From Nemertoderma westbladi (Eukaryota; Animalia; Xenacoelomorpha): 60,891 nucleotides of DNA. Numbering within the stretch: the stretch's first letter is position 1; each line of letters begins with the position of its first letter. The notes under the pieces were generated by a model. The model searched no databases and was not told where the DNA came from. It saw nothing but the letters and a program-made list of their open reading frames with translations. The stretch is taken from NCBI GenBank assembly GCA_032718475.1, contig JAUCBJ010006071.1, positions 1-60,891 of the forward strand, read 5' to 3'. Below are positions 23,619-37,128 of this stretch, in pieces. Both the position numbers and the translations under genes were made by a program.

Positions 23619-26600
23619 CCCACCCCGATATCGTCGGTTCCACCCACGATATCGTCGGTTCCACCCACGATATCGTCGGTTCCACCCAGAGATATCGTCG
23701 GTTACACCCACGATATTGTCGGTTCCACCCACGATATCGTCTGTGCCACCCACGATATCGTCGGTTCCACCCACGATATCGTCGGTTCCACCCACGATAT
23801 CGTCTGAGCCACCCACGATATCGTCGGTTCCACCAATGATATCATCGGTTCCACCCACTATATCGTTGGTTCCATCCACGATATCGTCGGTTTTTACCTC
23901 GATATCGTCGGTTCCACCCACGATATCGTCGGTTCCACCCACGATATCGTCTGAGCCACCCACGATATCGTCAGTTCCACCAATGATATCATCGGTTCCA
24001 CCCACTATATCGTTGGTTCCATCCACGATATCGTCGGTTTTTACCTCGATATCGTCGGTTCCACCCACGATATCGTCGGTACCACCCACGATATCGTCGG
24101 TTCCACCCAGAGATATCGTCGGTTACACCCACGATATTGTCGGTTCCACCCACGATATCGTCTGTGCCACCCACGATATCGTCTGTGCCACCCCGATATC
24201 GTCGGTTCCACCAATGATATCATCGGTTCCACCCACGATATCGTCGGTTCCACCCAGAGATATCGTCGGATCCACCCAGAGATATCGTTGGTTCCACCAA
24301 TGATATCATCGGTTCCACCCACTATATCGTCGGTTCCACCCACGATATCGTCGGTTCCACCCAGAGATATCGTTGGTTCCACCAATGATATCATCGGTTC
24401 CACCCACTATATCGTCGGTTCCATCCACGATATCGTCGGTTCCACCCAGAGATATCGTTGGTTCCACCAATGATATCATCGGTTCCACCCACTATATCGT
24501 CGGTTCCACCCACGATATCGTCGGTTCCACCCAGAGATATCGTTGGTTCCACCAATGATATCATCGGTTCCACCCACGATATCGTCTGTACCACCCAGAG
24601 ATATCGTCGGTTCCACCAATGATATCATCGGTTCCACCCACTATATCGTTGGTTCCACCCACGATATCGTCGGTTCCACCCAGAGATATCGTCGGTTCCA
24701 CCCAGAGATATCGTTGGTTCCACCAATGATATCATCGGTTCCACCCACGATATCGTCGGTTCCACCCAGAGATATCGTTGGTTCCACCAATGATATCATC
24801 GGTTCCACCCACTATATCGTCGGTTCCACCCACGATATCGTCGGTTCCACCCAGAGATATCGTTGGTTCCACCCAGAGATATCGTCGGTTCCACCCACGA
24901 TATCGTCTGTACCACCCAGAGATATCGTCGGTTCCACCCACGATATCGTCTGAGCCACCCACGATATCGTCGGTTCCACCCAGAGATATCGTTGGTTCCA
25001 CCAATGATATCATCGGTTCCACCCACGATATCGTCGGTTCCACCCAGAGATATCGTTGGTTCCACCAATGATATCATCGGTTCCACCCACTATATCGTCG
25101 GTTCCACCCACGATATCGTCGGTTCCACCCAGAGATATCGTTGGTTCCACCAATGATATCATCGGTTCCACCCACGATATCGTCTGTACCACCCAGAGAT
25201 ATCGTCGGTTCCACCAATGATATCATCGGTTCCACCCACTATATCGTTGGTTCCACCCACGATATCGTCGGTTCCACCCAGAGATATCGTCGGTTCCACC
25301 CAGAGATATTGTCGGTTCCACCCACGATATCGTCAGTTCCACCAATGATATCATCGGTTCCACCCACTATATCGTCGGTTCCACCCACGATATCGTCTGA
25401 GCCACCCACGATATCGTCAGTTCCACCAATGATATCATCGGTTCCACCCACTATATCGTTGGTTCCACCCACGATATCGTCTGTACCACCCAGAGATATC
25501 GTCGGTTCCACCCACGATATCGTCTGTGCCACCCACGATATCGTCAGTTCCACCAATGATATCATCGGTTCCACCCACTATATCGTTGGTTCCACCCACG
25601 ATATCATCGGTTCCACCCACTATATCGTTGGTTCCACCCACGATATCGTCTGTGCCACCCACGATATCGTCGGTTCCACCCACGATATCGTCTGTACCAC
25701 CCAGAGATATCGTCGGTTCCACCCACGATATCGTCTGAGCCACCCACGATATCGTCAGTTCCACCAATGATATCATCGGTTCCACCCACTATATCGTTGG
25801 TTCCACCCACGATATCGTCTGAGCCACCCACGATATCGTCAGTTCCACCAATGATATCATCGGTTCCACCCACTATATCGTTGGTTCCACCCACGATATC
25901 GTCTGTGCCACCCACGATATCGTCAGTTCCACCAATGATATCATCGGTTCCACCCACGATATCGTTGGTTCCACCCACGATATTGTCGGTTCCACCCACT
26001 ATATCGTCTGTGCCACCCACGATATTGTCGGTTCCACCCACTATATCGTTGGTTCCATCCACGATATCGTCAGTTCCACCAATGATATCATCGGTTCCAC
26101 CCACTATATCGTCGGTTCCACCCACGATATCGTCTGAGCCACCCACGATATCGTCAGTTCCACCAATGATATCATCGGTTCCACCCACTATATCGTTGGT
26201 TCCACCCACGATATCGTCTGTACCACCCAGAGATATCGTCGGTTCCACCCACGATATCGTCTGTGCCACCCACGATATCGTCAGTTCCACCAATGATATC
26301 ATCGGTTCCACCCACTATATCGTTGGTTCCACCCACGATATCATCGGTTCCACCCACTATATCGTTGGTTCCACCCACGATATCGTCTGTGCCACCCACG
26401 ATATCGTCGGTTCCACCCACGATATCGTCTGTACCACCCAGAGATATCGTCGGTTCCACCCACGATATCGTCTGAGCCACCCACGATATCGTCAGTTCCA
26501 CCAATGATATCATCGGTTCCACCCACTATATCGTTGGTTCCACCCACGATATCGTCTGTGCCACCCACGATATCGTCAGTTCCACCAATGATATCATCGG

Positions 26601-28056
26601 TTCCACCCACGATATCGTCAGTTCCACCAATGATATCATCGGTTCCACCCACTATATCGTTGGTTCCACCCACGATATTGTCGGTTCCACCCACTATATC
26701 GTCTGTGCCACCCACGATATTGTCGGTTTTACCCCAATATCGTCGGTTCCACCCACGATATCGTCGGTACCACCCAGAGATATCGTTGGTTCCACCCACG
26801 ATATCGTCTGTGCCACCCACGATATCGTCAGTTCCACCAATGATATCATCGGTTCCACCCACGATATCGTCAGTTCCACCAATGATATCATCGGTTCCAC
26901 CCACTATATCGTTGGTTCCACCCACGATATTGTCGGTTCCACCCACTATATCGTCTGTGCCACCCACGATATTGTCGGTTTTACCCCAATATCGTCGGTT
27001 CCACCCACGATATCGTCGGTACCACCCAGAGATATTGTCGGTTCCACCCACGATATTGTCGGTTCCACCCACGATATCGTCTGTGCCACCCACGATATTG
27101 TCGGTTCCACCCACTATATAGTTGGTTCCACCCACGATATCGTCTGTGCCACCCACGATATTGTCGGTTCCACCCACTATATCGTTGGATCCATCCACGA
27201 TATCGTCGGTTTTACCCCAATATCGTCGGTTCCACCCAGAGATATCGTCGGTTCCACCCACGATATCGTCGGTACCACCCAGAGATATCGTCGGTTCCAC
27301 CCAGAGATATCGTCGGTTCCACCCACGATATCGTCTGTGCCACCCACGATATCGTCTGTGCCACCCACGATATTGTCGGTTCCACCCACGATATTGTCGG
27401 TTCCACCCACTATATCGTTGGTTCCATCCACGATATCGTCGGTTTTACCCCGATATCGTCGGTTCCACCCACGATATCGTCGGTACCACCCAGAGATATC
27501 GTCGGTTCCACCCACGATATTGTCGGTTCCACCCACGATATCGTCGGTTTTACCCCGATATCGTCGGTTCCACCCAGAGATATCGTCGGTTCCACCCACG
27601 ATATCGTCTGTGCCACCCACGATATCGTCTGTGCCACCCACGATATTGTCGGTTCCACCCACTATATCGTTGGTTCCATCCACGATATCGTCGGTTTTAC
27701 CCCGATATCGTCGGTTCCACCCACGATATCGTCGGTACCACCCAGAGATATCGTCGGTTCCACCCACGATATCGTCTGAGCCACCCACGATATCGTCTGT
27801 GCCACCCACGATATCGTCTGTGCCACCCACGATATCGTCTGTGCCACCCACGATATCGTCTGTGCCACCCACGATATTGTCGGTTCCACCCACTATATAG
27901 TTGGTTCCACCCACGATATCGTCTGTGCCACCCACGATATTGTCGGTTCCACCCACTATATCGTTGGTTCCATCCACGATATCGTCGGTTTTACCCCGAT
28001 ATCGTCAGTTCTACCCGTTGGTGGAACCGTCGATATCGTGGGGGGAACCGACTATA
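23619..28056. repeat. 21-bp satellite (GGTTCCACCCACGATATCGTC; 20/22-bp variants), ~4.4 kb, ending in inverted units
   Basis: Direct reading; palindromic core ACGATATCGT; reverse-orientation units at 28020-28056. Confidence 0.97.
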
Positions 28057-28065
28057 AATTTGAAT

Positions 28066-28940
28066 TTGACTATGTTCTACGCATGTCCTTAGATCTTCAT
28101 AATGATGATGGGTGATGGTAACTCCACCTACTGGCTCCAGAAGTCGTGGAAATTATCTTCTATCTCTACTCTAGTCTTTGCTGATGAATTAGGAGTACTC
28201 TCAGAATCACTAGAGGGAGCACAACGGCTTCTCAGCTCATTAGAACAGGCTGCTTCTAGTGGTGGTCTTTTTATTAACTCCAAAAAGACCAAAATTTTGA
28301 CAGTTAACTTTGAAAGTCCTCAGCAAATTTCTGATCGAATGAGCATAAGCTCAAAGGATGGTATGCTTGAGTATGTGGACGACTGTTACCTGGGATCATG
28401 GATCCGGAATTCAGGTGAGGACCTTCGATAACGCAATGAAAAGGCATGGGCAGCTTTGAATGGGCTTTCCAGGATTTGGAAGTCACACATAATTAATCGG
28501 AAACTTAAGGTCTGATTATTTAGAGCAGCAGTAGTTCCAGTACTCCTCTATGGGAGTTCTAACCCATGCTGAGTACACCAAATCTCTAGATGACACATTC
28601 ACAAGAATGCTAAGTCGGGTTCGATCTGTCAAGTACATGCATACATCACAACCAGACACTCTCATTGGTTACCCCACCTTGACACTAGAACAAAGCCGCA
28701 TCCGCTTTGCAGGACTTATTTTCGCGTTGAGAACCACCTTGTGCACAGTATTTTGCTTTGGCAGCCCCATGGAGAAAATAAATGTGGTAGAAAGCCCATG
28801 ACTTTCATAAGACGCATCATAAAGGAGACTGGCCTTGAAGACGCGAATAATCTCGAGAAAGTCATAGGAGATAGGGAGTTGTGGCGGTGCCACTTTGTTG
28901 ATATGACAGCATAGCATTCTTAATGCACGCTGCATTGGGC
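28066..28940 (+). mobile_element. Second, more decayed copy of the RTE-type LINE 3' end
   Basis: FADELGVLSESLEGAQRLLSSLE..RMSISSKDGMLE..LGSWIR matches the copy at 16770-17690 in opposite orientation. Confidence 0.9.
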
Positions 28941-29298
28941 TTGTTAATTGTGTATTGCATGGTGGTGACAAGCTGGAATAACATCTCAATCTGCAGTTTC
29001 AATGCAGCAGGCCGATTATAGTAGTAGTAGTGGAGGTGTTTCTGTCTGTTGGAAGCTGGGGTGTGTACGAGTGTACCAAGCGAAACGACTATTTCAATAC
29101 CACCAGTTTCCGCTAACTTATTCCGAAGCAATTTTGGTTAACCCTTTAAGCCCGGCTTGTCATGAAACGGACTTTTTCTGAGATTGTAGATACAGTACTT
29201 TTAGGGCTACTGATTGGTGCTGGGAGTTGTTTGGCGTACCGGTATGTGTAATTCTGTGTTTTTGTTAACCTATGACTCGTTATTATTTGTACCTACAG

Positions 29299-29343
29299 CC
29301 TGACCGTTCGACATGTTTCTTGTTGTCTGATTACAGATTAAAG
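29299..29343 (+). CDS. Tentative upstream mini-exon of the host gene (may be UTR)
   Basis: CTACAG| ... AAG|GT, 45 nt, phase 0-0 (PDRSTCFLLSDYRLK); preceded by a 57-nt GTATGT..CAG intron-like stretch (29242-29298). Confidence 0.3.
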
Positions 29344-29644
29344 GTTTTTTAGTTGTTTAGTTGTAGTAGCTGATGCTTTTTTCTCGCGATAGATTCGTGA
29401 CACGGCTTAATACAAATTTCCATTTCCAGAACAAAAAGAATATTTTTTTTGAAAATTTGTCAAAATCCCGGAAATTTAACAAAATAGACAAAAAGTAAAT
29501 TCAGTTACACACAAGTGTTAAATCAGCTGGAAAGGCTACGTCATATGCTAATTATACACTTAGATTAAGGCACGTCTGCCGCCTATAATAAGGGAATGTA
29601 CTGCATTGAAATTCGGGGCCATAACAAATCACTATTGCAAAGCA

Positions 29645-32600
29645 GAACAGTGAACATAGAACAGTGAACATAGAACAGTGAACATAGAACAGTGAACATA
29701 GAACAGTGAACATAGAACAGTGAACATAGAACAGTGAACATAGAACAGTGAACATAGAACAGTGAACATAGAACAGTGAACATAGAACAGTGAACATAGA
29801 ACAGTGAACATAGAACAGTGAACATAGAACAGTGAACATAGAACAGTGAACATAGAACAGTGAACATAGAACACAGTGAACATAGAACAGTGAACATAGA
29901 ACAGTGAACATAGAACAGTGAACATAGAACACAGTGAACATAGAACAGTGAACATAGAACAGTGAACATAGAACAGTGAACATAGAACAGTGAACATAGA
30001 ACAGTGAACATAGAACAGTGAACATAGAACAGTGAACATAGAACAGTGAACATAGAACAGTGAACATAGAACAGTGAACATAGAACAGTGAACATAGAAC
30101 ACAGTGAACATAGAACAGTGAACATAGAACAGTGAACATAGAACAGTGAACATAGAACACAGTGAACATAGAACAGTGAACATAGAACAGTGAACATAGA
30201 ACAGTGAACATAGAACAGTGAACATAGAACAGTGAACATAGAACAGTGAACATAGAACAGTGAACATAGAACAGTGAACATAGAACACAGTGAACATAGA
30301 ACAGTGAACATAGAACAGTGAACATAGAACAGTGAACATAGAACACAGTGAACATAGAACAGTGAACATAGAACAGTGAACATAGAACAGTGAACATAGA
30401 ACAGTGAACATAGAACAGTGAACATAGAACAGTGAACATAGAACAGTGAACATAGAACAGTGAACATAGAACAGTGAACATAGAACAGTGAACATAGAAC
30501 AGTGAACATAGAACAGTGAACATAGAACAGTGAACATAGAACAGTGAACATAGAACAGTGAACATAGAACAGTGAACATAGAACAGTGAACATAGAACAG
30601 TGAACATAGAACAGTGAACATAGAACAGTGAACATAGAACAGTGAACATAGAACAGTGAACATAGAACAGTGAACATAGAACAGTGAACATAGAACAGTG
30701 AACATAGAACAGTGAACATAGAACAGTGAACATAGAACAGTGAACATAGAACAGTGAACATAGAACAGTGAACATAGAACAGTGAACATAGAACAGTGAA
30801 CATAGAACAGTGAACATAGAACAGTGAACATAGAACAGTGAACATAGAACAGTGAACATAGAACAGTGAACATAGAACAGTGAACATAGAACAGTGAACA
30901 TAGAACAGTGAACATAGAACAGTGAACATAGAACAGTGAACATAGAACAGTGAACATAGAACAGTGAACATAGAACAGTGAACATAGAACAGTGAACATA
31001 GAACAGTGAACATAGAACAGTGAACATAGAACAGTGAACATAGAACAGTGAACATAGAACAGTGAACATAGAACAGTGAACATAGAACAGTGAACATAGA
31101 ACAGTGAACATAGAACAGTGAACATAGAACAGTGAACATAGAACAGTGAACATAGAACAGTGAACATAGAACAGTGAACATAGAACAGTGAACATAGAAC
31201 AGTGAACATAGAACAGTGAACATAGAACAGTGAACATAGAACAGTGAACATAGAACAGTGAACATAGAACAGTGAACATAGAACAGTGAACATAGAACAG
31301 TGAACATAGAACAGTGAACATAGAACAGTGAACATAGAACAGTGAACATAGAACAGTGAACATAGAACAGTGAACACAGAACAGTGAACATAGAACAGTG
31401 AACATAGAACAGTGAACATAGAACAGTGAACATAGAACAGTGAACATAGAACAGTGAACATAGAACAGTGAACATAGAACAGTGAACACAGAACAGTGAA
31501 CATAGAAAAGTGAACATAGAACAGTGAACATAGAACAGTGAACATAGAACAGTGAACATAGAACACAGTGAACATAGAACAGTGAACATAGAACACAGTG
31601 AACATAGAACAGTGAACATAGAACAGTGAACATAGAACAGTGAACATAGAACAGTGAACATAGAACAGTGAACATAGAACAGTGAACATAGAACAGTGAA
31701 CATAGAACAGTGAACATAGAACAGTGAACATAGAACAGTGAACATAGAACAGTGAACATAGAACAGTGAACATAGAACAGTGAACATAGAACAGTGAACA
31801 TAGAACAGTGAACATAGAACAGTGAACATAGAACAGTGAACATAGAACAGTGAACATAGAACAGTGAACATAGAACAGTGAACATAGAACAGTGAACATA
31901 GAACAGTGAACATAGAACAGTGAACACAGAACAGTGAACATAGAACAGTGAACATAGAACAGTGAACATAGAACAGTGAACATAGAACACAGTGAACATA
32001 GAACAGTGAACATAGAACACAGTGAACATAGAACAGTGAACATAGAACAGTGAACATAGAACAGTGAACATAGAACAGTGAACATAGAACAGTGAACATA
32101 GAACAGTGAACATAGAACAGTGAACATAGAACAGTGAACATAGAACAGTGAACATAGAACAGTGAACATAGAACAGTGAACATAGAACAGTGAACATAGA
32201 ACAGTGAACATAGAACAGTGAACATAGAACAGTGAACATAGAACAGTGAACATAGAACAGTGAACATAGAACAGTGAACATAGAACAGTGAACATAGAAC
32301 AGTGAACATAGAACAGTGAACATAGAACAGTGAACATAGAACAGTGAACATAGAACAGTGAACATAGAACAGTGAACATAGAACAGTGAACATAGAACAG
32401 TGAACATAGAACAGTGAACATAGAACAGTGAACATAGAACAGTGAACATAGAACAGTGAACATAGAACAGTGAACATAGAACAGTGAACATAGAACAGTG
32501 AACATAGAACAGTGAACATAGAACAGTGAACATAGAACAGTGAACATAGAACAGTGAACATAGAACAGTGAACATAGAACAGTGAACATAGAACAGTGAA

Positions 32601-33130
32601 CATAGAACAGTGAACATAGAACAGTGAACATAGAACAGTGAACATAGAACAGTGAACATAGAACAGTGAACATAGAACAGTGAACATAGAACAGTGAACA
32701 TAGAACAGTGAACATAGAACAGTGAACATAGAACAGTGAACATAGAACAGTGAACATAGAACAGTGAACATAGAACAGTGAACATAGAACAGTGAACATA
32801 GAACAGTGAACATAGAACAGTGAACATAGAACAGTGAACATAGAACAGTGAACATAGAACAGTGAACATAGAACAGTGAACATAGAACAGTGAACATAGA
32901 ACAGTGAACATAGAACAGTGAACATAGAACAGTGAACATAGAACAGTGAACATAGAACAGTGAACATAGAACAGTGAACATAGAACAGTGAACATAGAAC
33001 AGTGAACATAGAACAGTGAACATAGAACAGTGAACATAGAACAGTGAACATAGAACAGTGAACATAGAACAGTGAACATAGAACAGTGAACATAGAACAG
33101 TGAACATAGAACAGTGAACATAGAACAGTG
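29645..33130. repeat. 14-bp satellite (GAACAGTGAACATA)n, ~248 copies
   Basis: Nearly homogeneous; dimer of two 7-mers sharing GAACA. Confidence 0.99.
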
Positions 33131-33158
33131 ACAGTGACAGGAATGATGTTCTATATTA

Positions 33159-34900
33159 TCTATATATATAAATATCATGTGTTTGCTTGCTTGTTTGTCT
33201 GTCTGTCTGTCTGTCCATCTATACGTTTCTACACACAAGCACCAATCGGAGCTCGCGGCACATCGAACGGAAGCTCTCGTCACGAGCACGTGCACTGTCG
33301 CTATCTCGAGTCTTATTTTGCGCGTTTGTTTGCGTGAATGCAGATTTCGTGAATTTGGTACCGGTAGCGCGGTAGGCCTAGCAGTTCATTCTGTCACTCT
33401 ACATGTTGGGTCTCGACTATTATGCTACTTTTTGATGCGCATCTACGTGATGCAGACTGCCCCGAGCACATGGACGCGAAACGTTATATCGAGGCTAATT
33501 TTATATATCATTTATGCGTGAATGCGTATTATTGTGGTCAAATTGGGCTATTATTATTCCACATAACCATTTTCAGCCAAATTTGTCAACCAGCAGGAAA
33601 CTCAACAGCAGTTGCACCAACAGACTCAATCTGTTCTAAATGATACTTTGCAGATACGTTCCTGACCATAGACTGTGTGTTTGGGAAGACACTGATCAAT
33701 CTGCAGTTCTCCAGTCTGCCGCTAGGGGGCGAAATGTCAGAAACTGAAAACCTTCTCCCATTTCGTTATTATTAATGCCTTTTAGCTGATACGTGGCAGA
33801 GGTCTACTATACCATAGGCTGTGTGTTTTCGGAGGATGCTGACTAATCTGCAATTCCCCAGTCTGCCGCTGGGGGGAGAAATATCTGAAAGTGAAAACCT
33901 TATCCCATTTCGTTGTTTATAATGCTTTTTTGCTGATACTTGGCAGAAGTCGACTACACCATAGACTGCGTGTTTGTAGAGAACTCTGAATAATCTAAAA
34001 TTCCTCTGTCTGCCGGTAGGGGGCGCAATGTCTGAAAGTGAAAACCTTCACCCATTTCGTTGTTTATACTGCTTTTTTGCTGATACTCGACAGAGGTCTA
34101 CTACACCATAGACTGTGTGTTTGGGGAGGAGCTAGAACCAGTCTGCATTTATCCAGTCTACCGCTTGGGGGCCAAATGTCTGAAAGTGAAAACCTTATCA
34201 CATTTCGTTATTAATAATGCTTTTAGGCTGACACTTGGCAGATGTATAGTACACCATAGGGTGTGTGTCTAGATAAGACGCCTAACAAACTGCAGTTCTC
34301 CATTCGGCCGCTAGGGGGCGAAATGTCTGAAAGTGAAAACCTTATCCCGTTTCGTTGTTTCTAATGCTTTTAGGCTGATACTTGTCAGAGGTCTACTACA
34401 CCATAGACTGAGTGTTTGTGGAAAACTCTGACAATCTGCAATTTCTCAGTCTGCCGCTAGAGGGTGAAATGTCTCAAGTGAAATCCTTCTCCCATTTCGT
34501 TGTTTCTAATGCTTTTTTGCTTATACTTGGGAAAGGCATGCTTGACCATAGGCTGTTTGTATGGGGAGGACGCTAACCAGTCTGCGGATTTCCAGTCTAC
34601 TGCTAGGGTGCGAAAAATCTGAATCTGAAAAGTAAAAACATTCTCACATTTATTTATTAAAAATGCTTTTACGCTGATAATTGTCAGAGGTCTACTGTAC
34701 TACATCATAAGGCTGCATCTATGTGAAAGACGTTGAACAGTGTAGATATCTGAAAAGTAAAACAGCATCAGTCCTTTTGTTTGAGAGAACACTCTCAATC
34801 ATATGAAGTTTTGTTAAGTTAATTAATTAATTAATGTTTGGAATGGTGAATAGGCTTGTGAACTAGAAAGCCGTGGCCCGAAGGGCCACTGGCTTTCTAG
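33159..34900 (+). mobile_element. Non-autonomous Helitron-like element with internal tandem repeats
   Basis: A|TCTATATATATAAA start followed by (GTCT)n; end hairpin GTGGCCC-GAA-GGGCCAC then CTAG|T. Pairing of the two ends is inferred. Confidence 0.65.
33641..34740. repeat. ~147-bp diverged tandem repeat, 7 full copies plus 1 partial
   Basis: Unit starts (TGATAC..) at ~33641, 33788, 33934, 34081, 34228, 34376, 34521, 34675. Confidence 0.92.
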
Positions 34901-34937
34901 TATTATATATTTATTTATATGTTTTCTCAATTGATAG

Positions 34938-34973
34938 CCCAGCAAGAAAGTAAATATAAACAGCTATTTTTTG
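34938..34973 (+). CDS. Tentative 36-nt exon of the host gene
   Basis: TTGATAG| ... TTG|GTAAAT; phase 0, in frame (PSKKVNINSYFL) with the next exon across a 43-nt intron. Confidence 0.35.
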
Positions 34974-35016
34974 GTAAATGAAATATTTATTCTGCCTCGT
35001 ATCTCTAAATAATCAG

Positions 35017-35744
35017 ATCAATTATGTAAAACGTTCCACAATGGAAGAATCTTCGTTGTCAAATAAGTTGAATTATATCTGCGACTTACTGGCTACACAA
35101 CAACATGTATTGGAGACGACTCAGGTTATGCAGACACTAATACCAGATATTAAAACAGAAACTCCAATGGTAGAATTTGCTATCAAGATGTTAGGAAAAG
35201 ATTCATTGAGTAACGACGATACAAGACTTCTAGGAAAAATTATTCAGATCGTGCAGAAAAATTTAAAAGGAAAAAAAATTGTTTCATATAGCGAATCAAT
35301 TTACCAAGAGTTCTCATGTTTGCTGGAAGCCAGCCAACTATCCTATGACAAAAACAAACTTGTCGTAATCAATCTGTGTTTTAAATTACTTCGGAAACCT
35401 GATTTGGCAGAAAATAACATGTTTTTGATGAAAAGCTTAACTGCCATGCAATTAAATGTTGGGAAACAATTACCTCAATGGATAAAGAACTCATTTGTTA
35501 GTGACGTCATTAAATGGAAATCTCATCCATCTTTGGTATCCTCTATGGTGGATTTGTTCTCAAATATTTTAGTAAATCATAGCGCAGAATCTGATATCGA
35601 AAGACCAATGAATAACTATGTCAATCAGATTTGTAAAGAGTTTCAGATGGCTAAGGTTTTAAATTCAGCAGCAGAGAGCTTAGCCATCTTATCCATGAAG
35701 TGTTTGCAGTGCCACACAGCGTTGGGTTTAGGAATTGCAAGTGG
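35017..35744 (+). CDS. Host gene exon, unidentified alpha-helical (HEAT/ARM-like?) protein
   Basis: Non-repetitive 265-aa ORF; acceptor AATCAG|, possible start ATG at 35041; donor GG|GTTAGT, phase 2. Confidence 0.75.
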
Positions 35745-36162
35745 GTTAGTGAATATATTGGTAATTTATGAATAACATCTAACGGTAGGATAATGTATTA
35801 AATATTTTGCAGTATATCTATTTATTTCTGTAGGCCTACATGAAAGTAAAATATAAAAATAAAATATAAGGTTTAAAACAATTAATTCAATTTAAACCAA
35901 ATATATATTATGTACATACAGTTTGCCGACAATGAACTCAAAATATGAACATTGTTATCAATCACTAGTGTACTCTGGCTAATTGTTAGTACAAAAACCA
36001 TTTTACTTAGTTTCATTTATTTTCATTTTGTAAATGAAATTGAGTTTGATTTTTCTACTTTATTTTTGAATATTTATATATCATAATTTTAGTTTTTTAA
36101 GTTAGGAACTATTGGATATGCATATCCTTTTGTTTTACCTTTGTTACCACAATATACCCTTT

Positions 36163-36403
36163 CTTGGACTACAGTACAGTAAGCTGTTGGACTACAGTAC
36201 AGTAAGCTGTTGGACTACAGTACAGTAAGCTGTTGGACTACATACAGTACAGTAAGCTGTTGGACTACATACAGTACAGTAAGCTGTTGGACTACAGTAC
36301 AGTAAGCTGTTGGACTACAGTACAGTAAGCTGTTGGACTACAGTACAGTAAGCTGTTGGACTACAGTACAGTAAGCTGTTGGACTACAGTACAGTAAGCT
36401 GTT
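36163..36403. repeat. 23-bp minisatellite TTGGACTACAGTACAGTAAGCTG, ~10 copies (two 27-bp variants)
   Basis: Direct reading; intronic. Confidence 0.95.
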
Positions 36404-36424
36404 TAATTAGGATTAGTATTATTA

Positions 36425-36642
36425 GGCCCGACGCACACTAGAGATGCACGATGCTAAAAAGGACATCCTCGATGTTCTATTTTTTGCATCTTGCATCTCG
36501 AATATAGAATACATGGTAGACTATGGGAGGCCGTACACTAAGAGATGCAAGATGCATAATAAATTCTTTGAAATATACATTAATATAATCAAAGTATAAT
36601 ATATAAAATAAAATACGATGCATCTCTAGTGTGCGGCGGGCC
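36425..36642. mobile_element. PIF/Harbinger-type MITE
   Basis: TIR GGCCCG(A/C)CGCACACTAGAGATGCA; TTA TSD on both sides. Confidence 0.88.
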
Positions 36643-37008
36643 TTATTGGATAGATTGTTATAGCTATATCTGGTATAAGCTACGCCTATATTACAAGTAA
36701 TAGAGACAAGAAGTTGACGCAAATCTCATCTCGGTGAATATATTTTAATTAGAAATTAAGGGAAAGGACCACGTTACAGAGGCACGTTACTCTAACCAAA
36801 ACAATAAACGAGCGTCAATAGCACATGTTACAATACTGTAGCATTTTTGCTCGTAATCTATAAAATTTCCACTGAAAAAAAAGAGTTATATATTATTTTC
36901 GTCGCCGCCTCAAGAAACCCCCCCCCCCCCCCCCCCCCCCCCAACTCCCTTCCGAAGTATCAATTCCATTCACCATTCACCACTCGTGATTTTCTTTTTA
37001 TTATTTAG

Positions 37009-37128
37009 AATCAATGAATATATTTATTGGAAAGACGTTCAACAAAATACTTTGAGAATACATTTAAAACTGGTGTTAGAGTTAGTGGAGGCATATGAAT
37101 TCTCAGAAGATAGGAATATTATGAATAC
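37009..37128 (+). CDS. Host gene exon (120 nt, phase 2-2)
   Basis: TTTCTTTTTATTATTTAG| ... AC|GTAAGT; open frame INEYIYWKDVQQNTLRIHLKLVLELVEAYEFSEDRNIMN. Confidence 0.8.

Noticed and set aside
23613-28092. GGTDDIV / PPTISSV repeat proteins (ice-nucleation or mucin-like look)
   Set aside because: 20/22-bp variants break frames constantly and there are no unique domains; non-coding satellite.
28862-29131. ARM-like peptide (LAETGGIEIVVSL) on the minus strand
   Set aside because: In-frame stop just upstream, no good acceptor, and it runs into the RTE relic.
29162-29241. ATG exon with a hydrophobic segment as first coding exon
   Set aside because: Its phase-2 donor leads to stops in every downstream candidate exon tested.
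29552-33295. Three >1100-aa MFTVLCSLFYVHCS ORFs
   Set aside because: Translation of a 14-bp repeat that has no stop codon on the minus strand.
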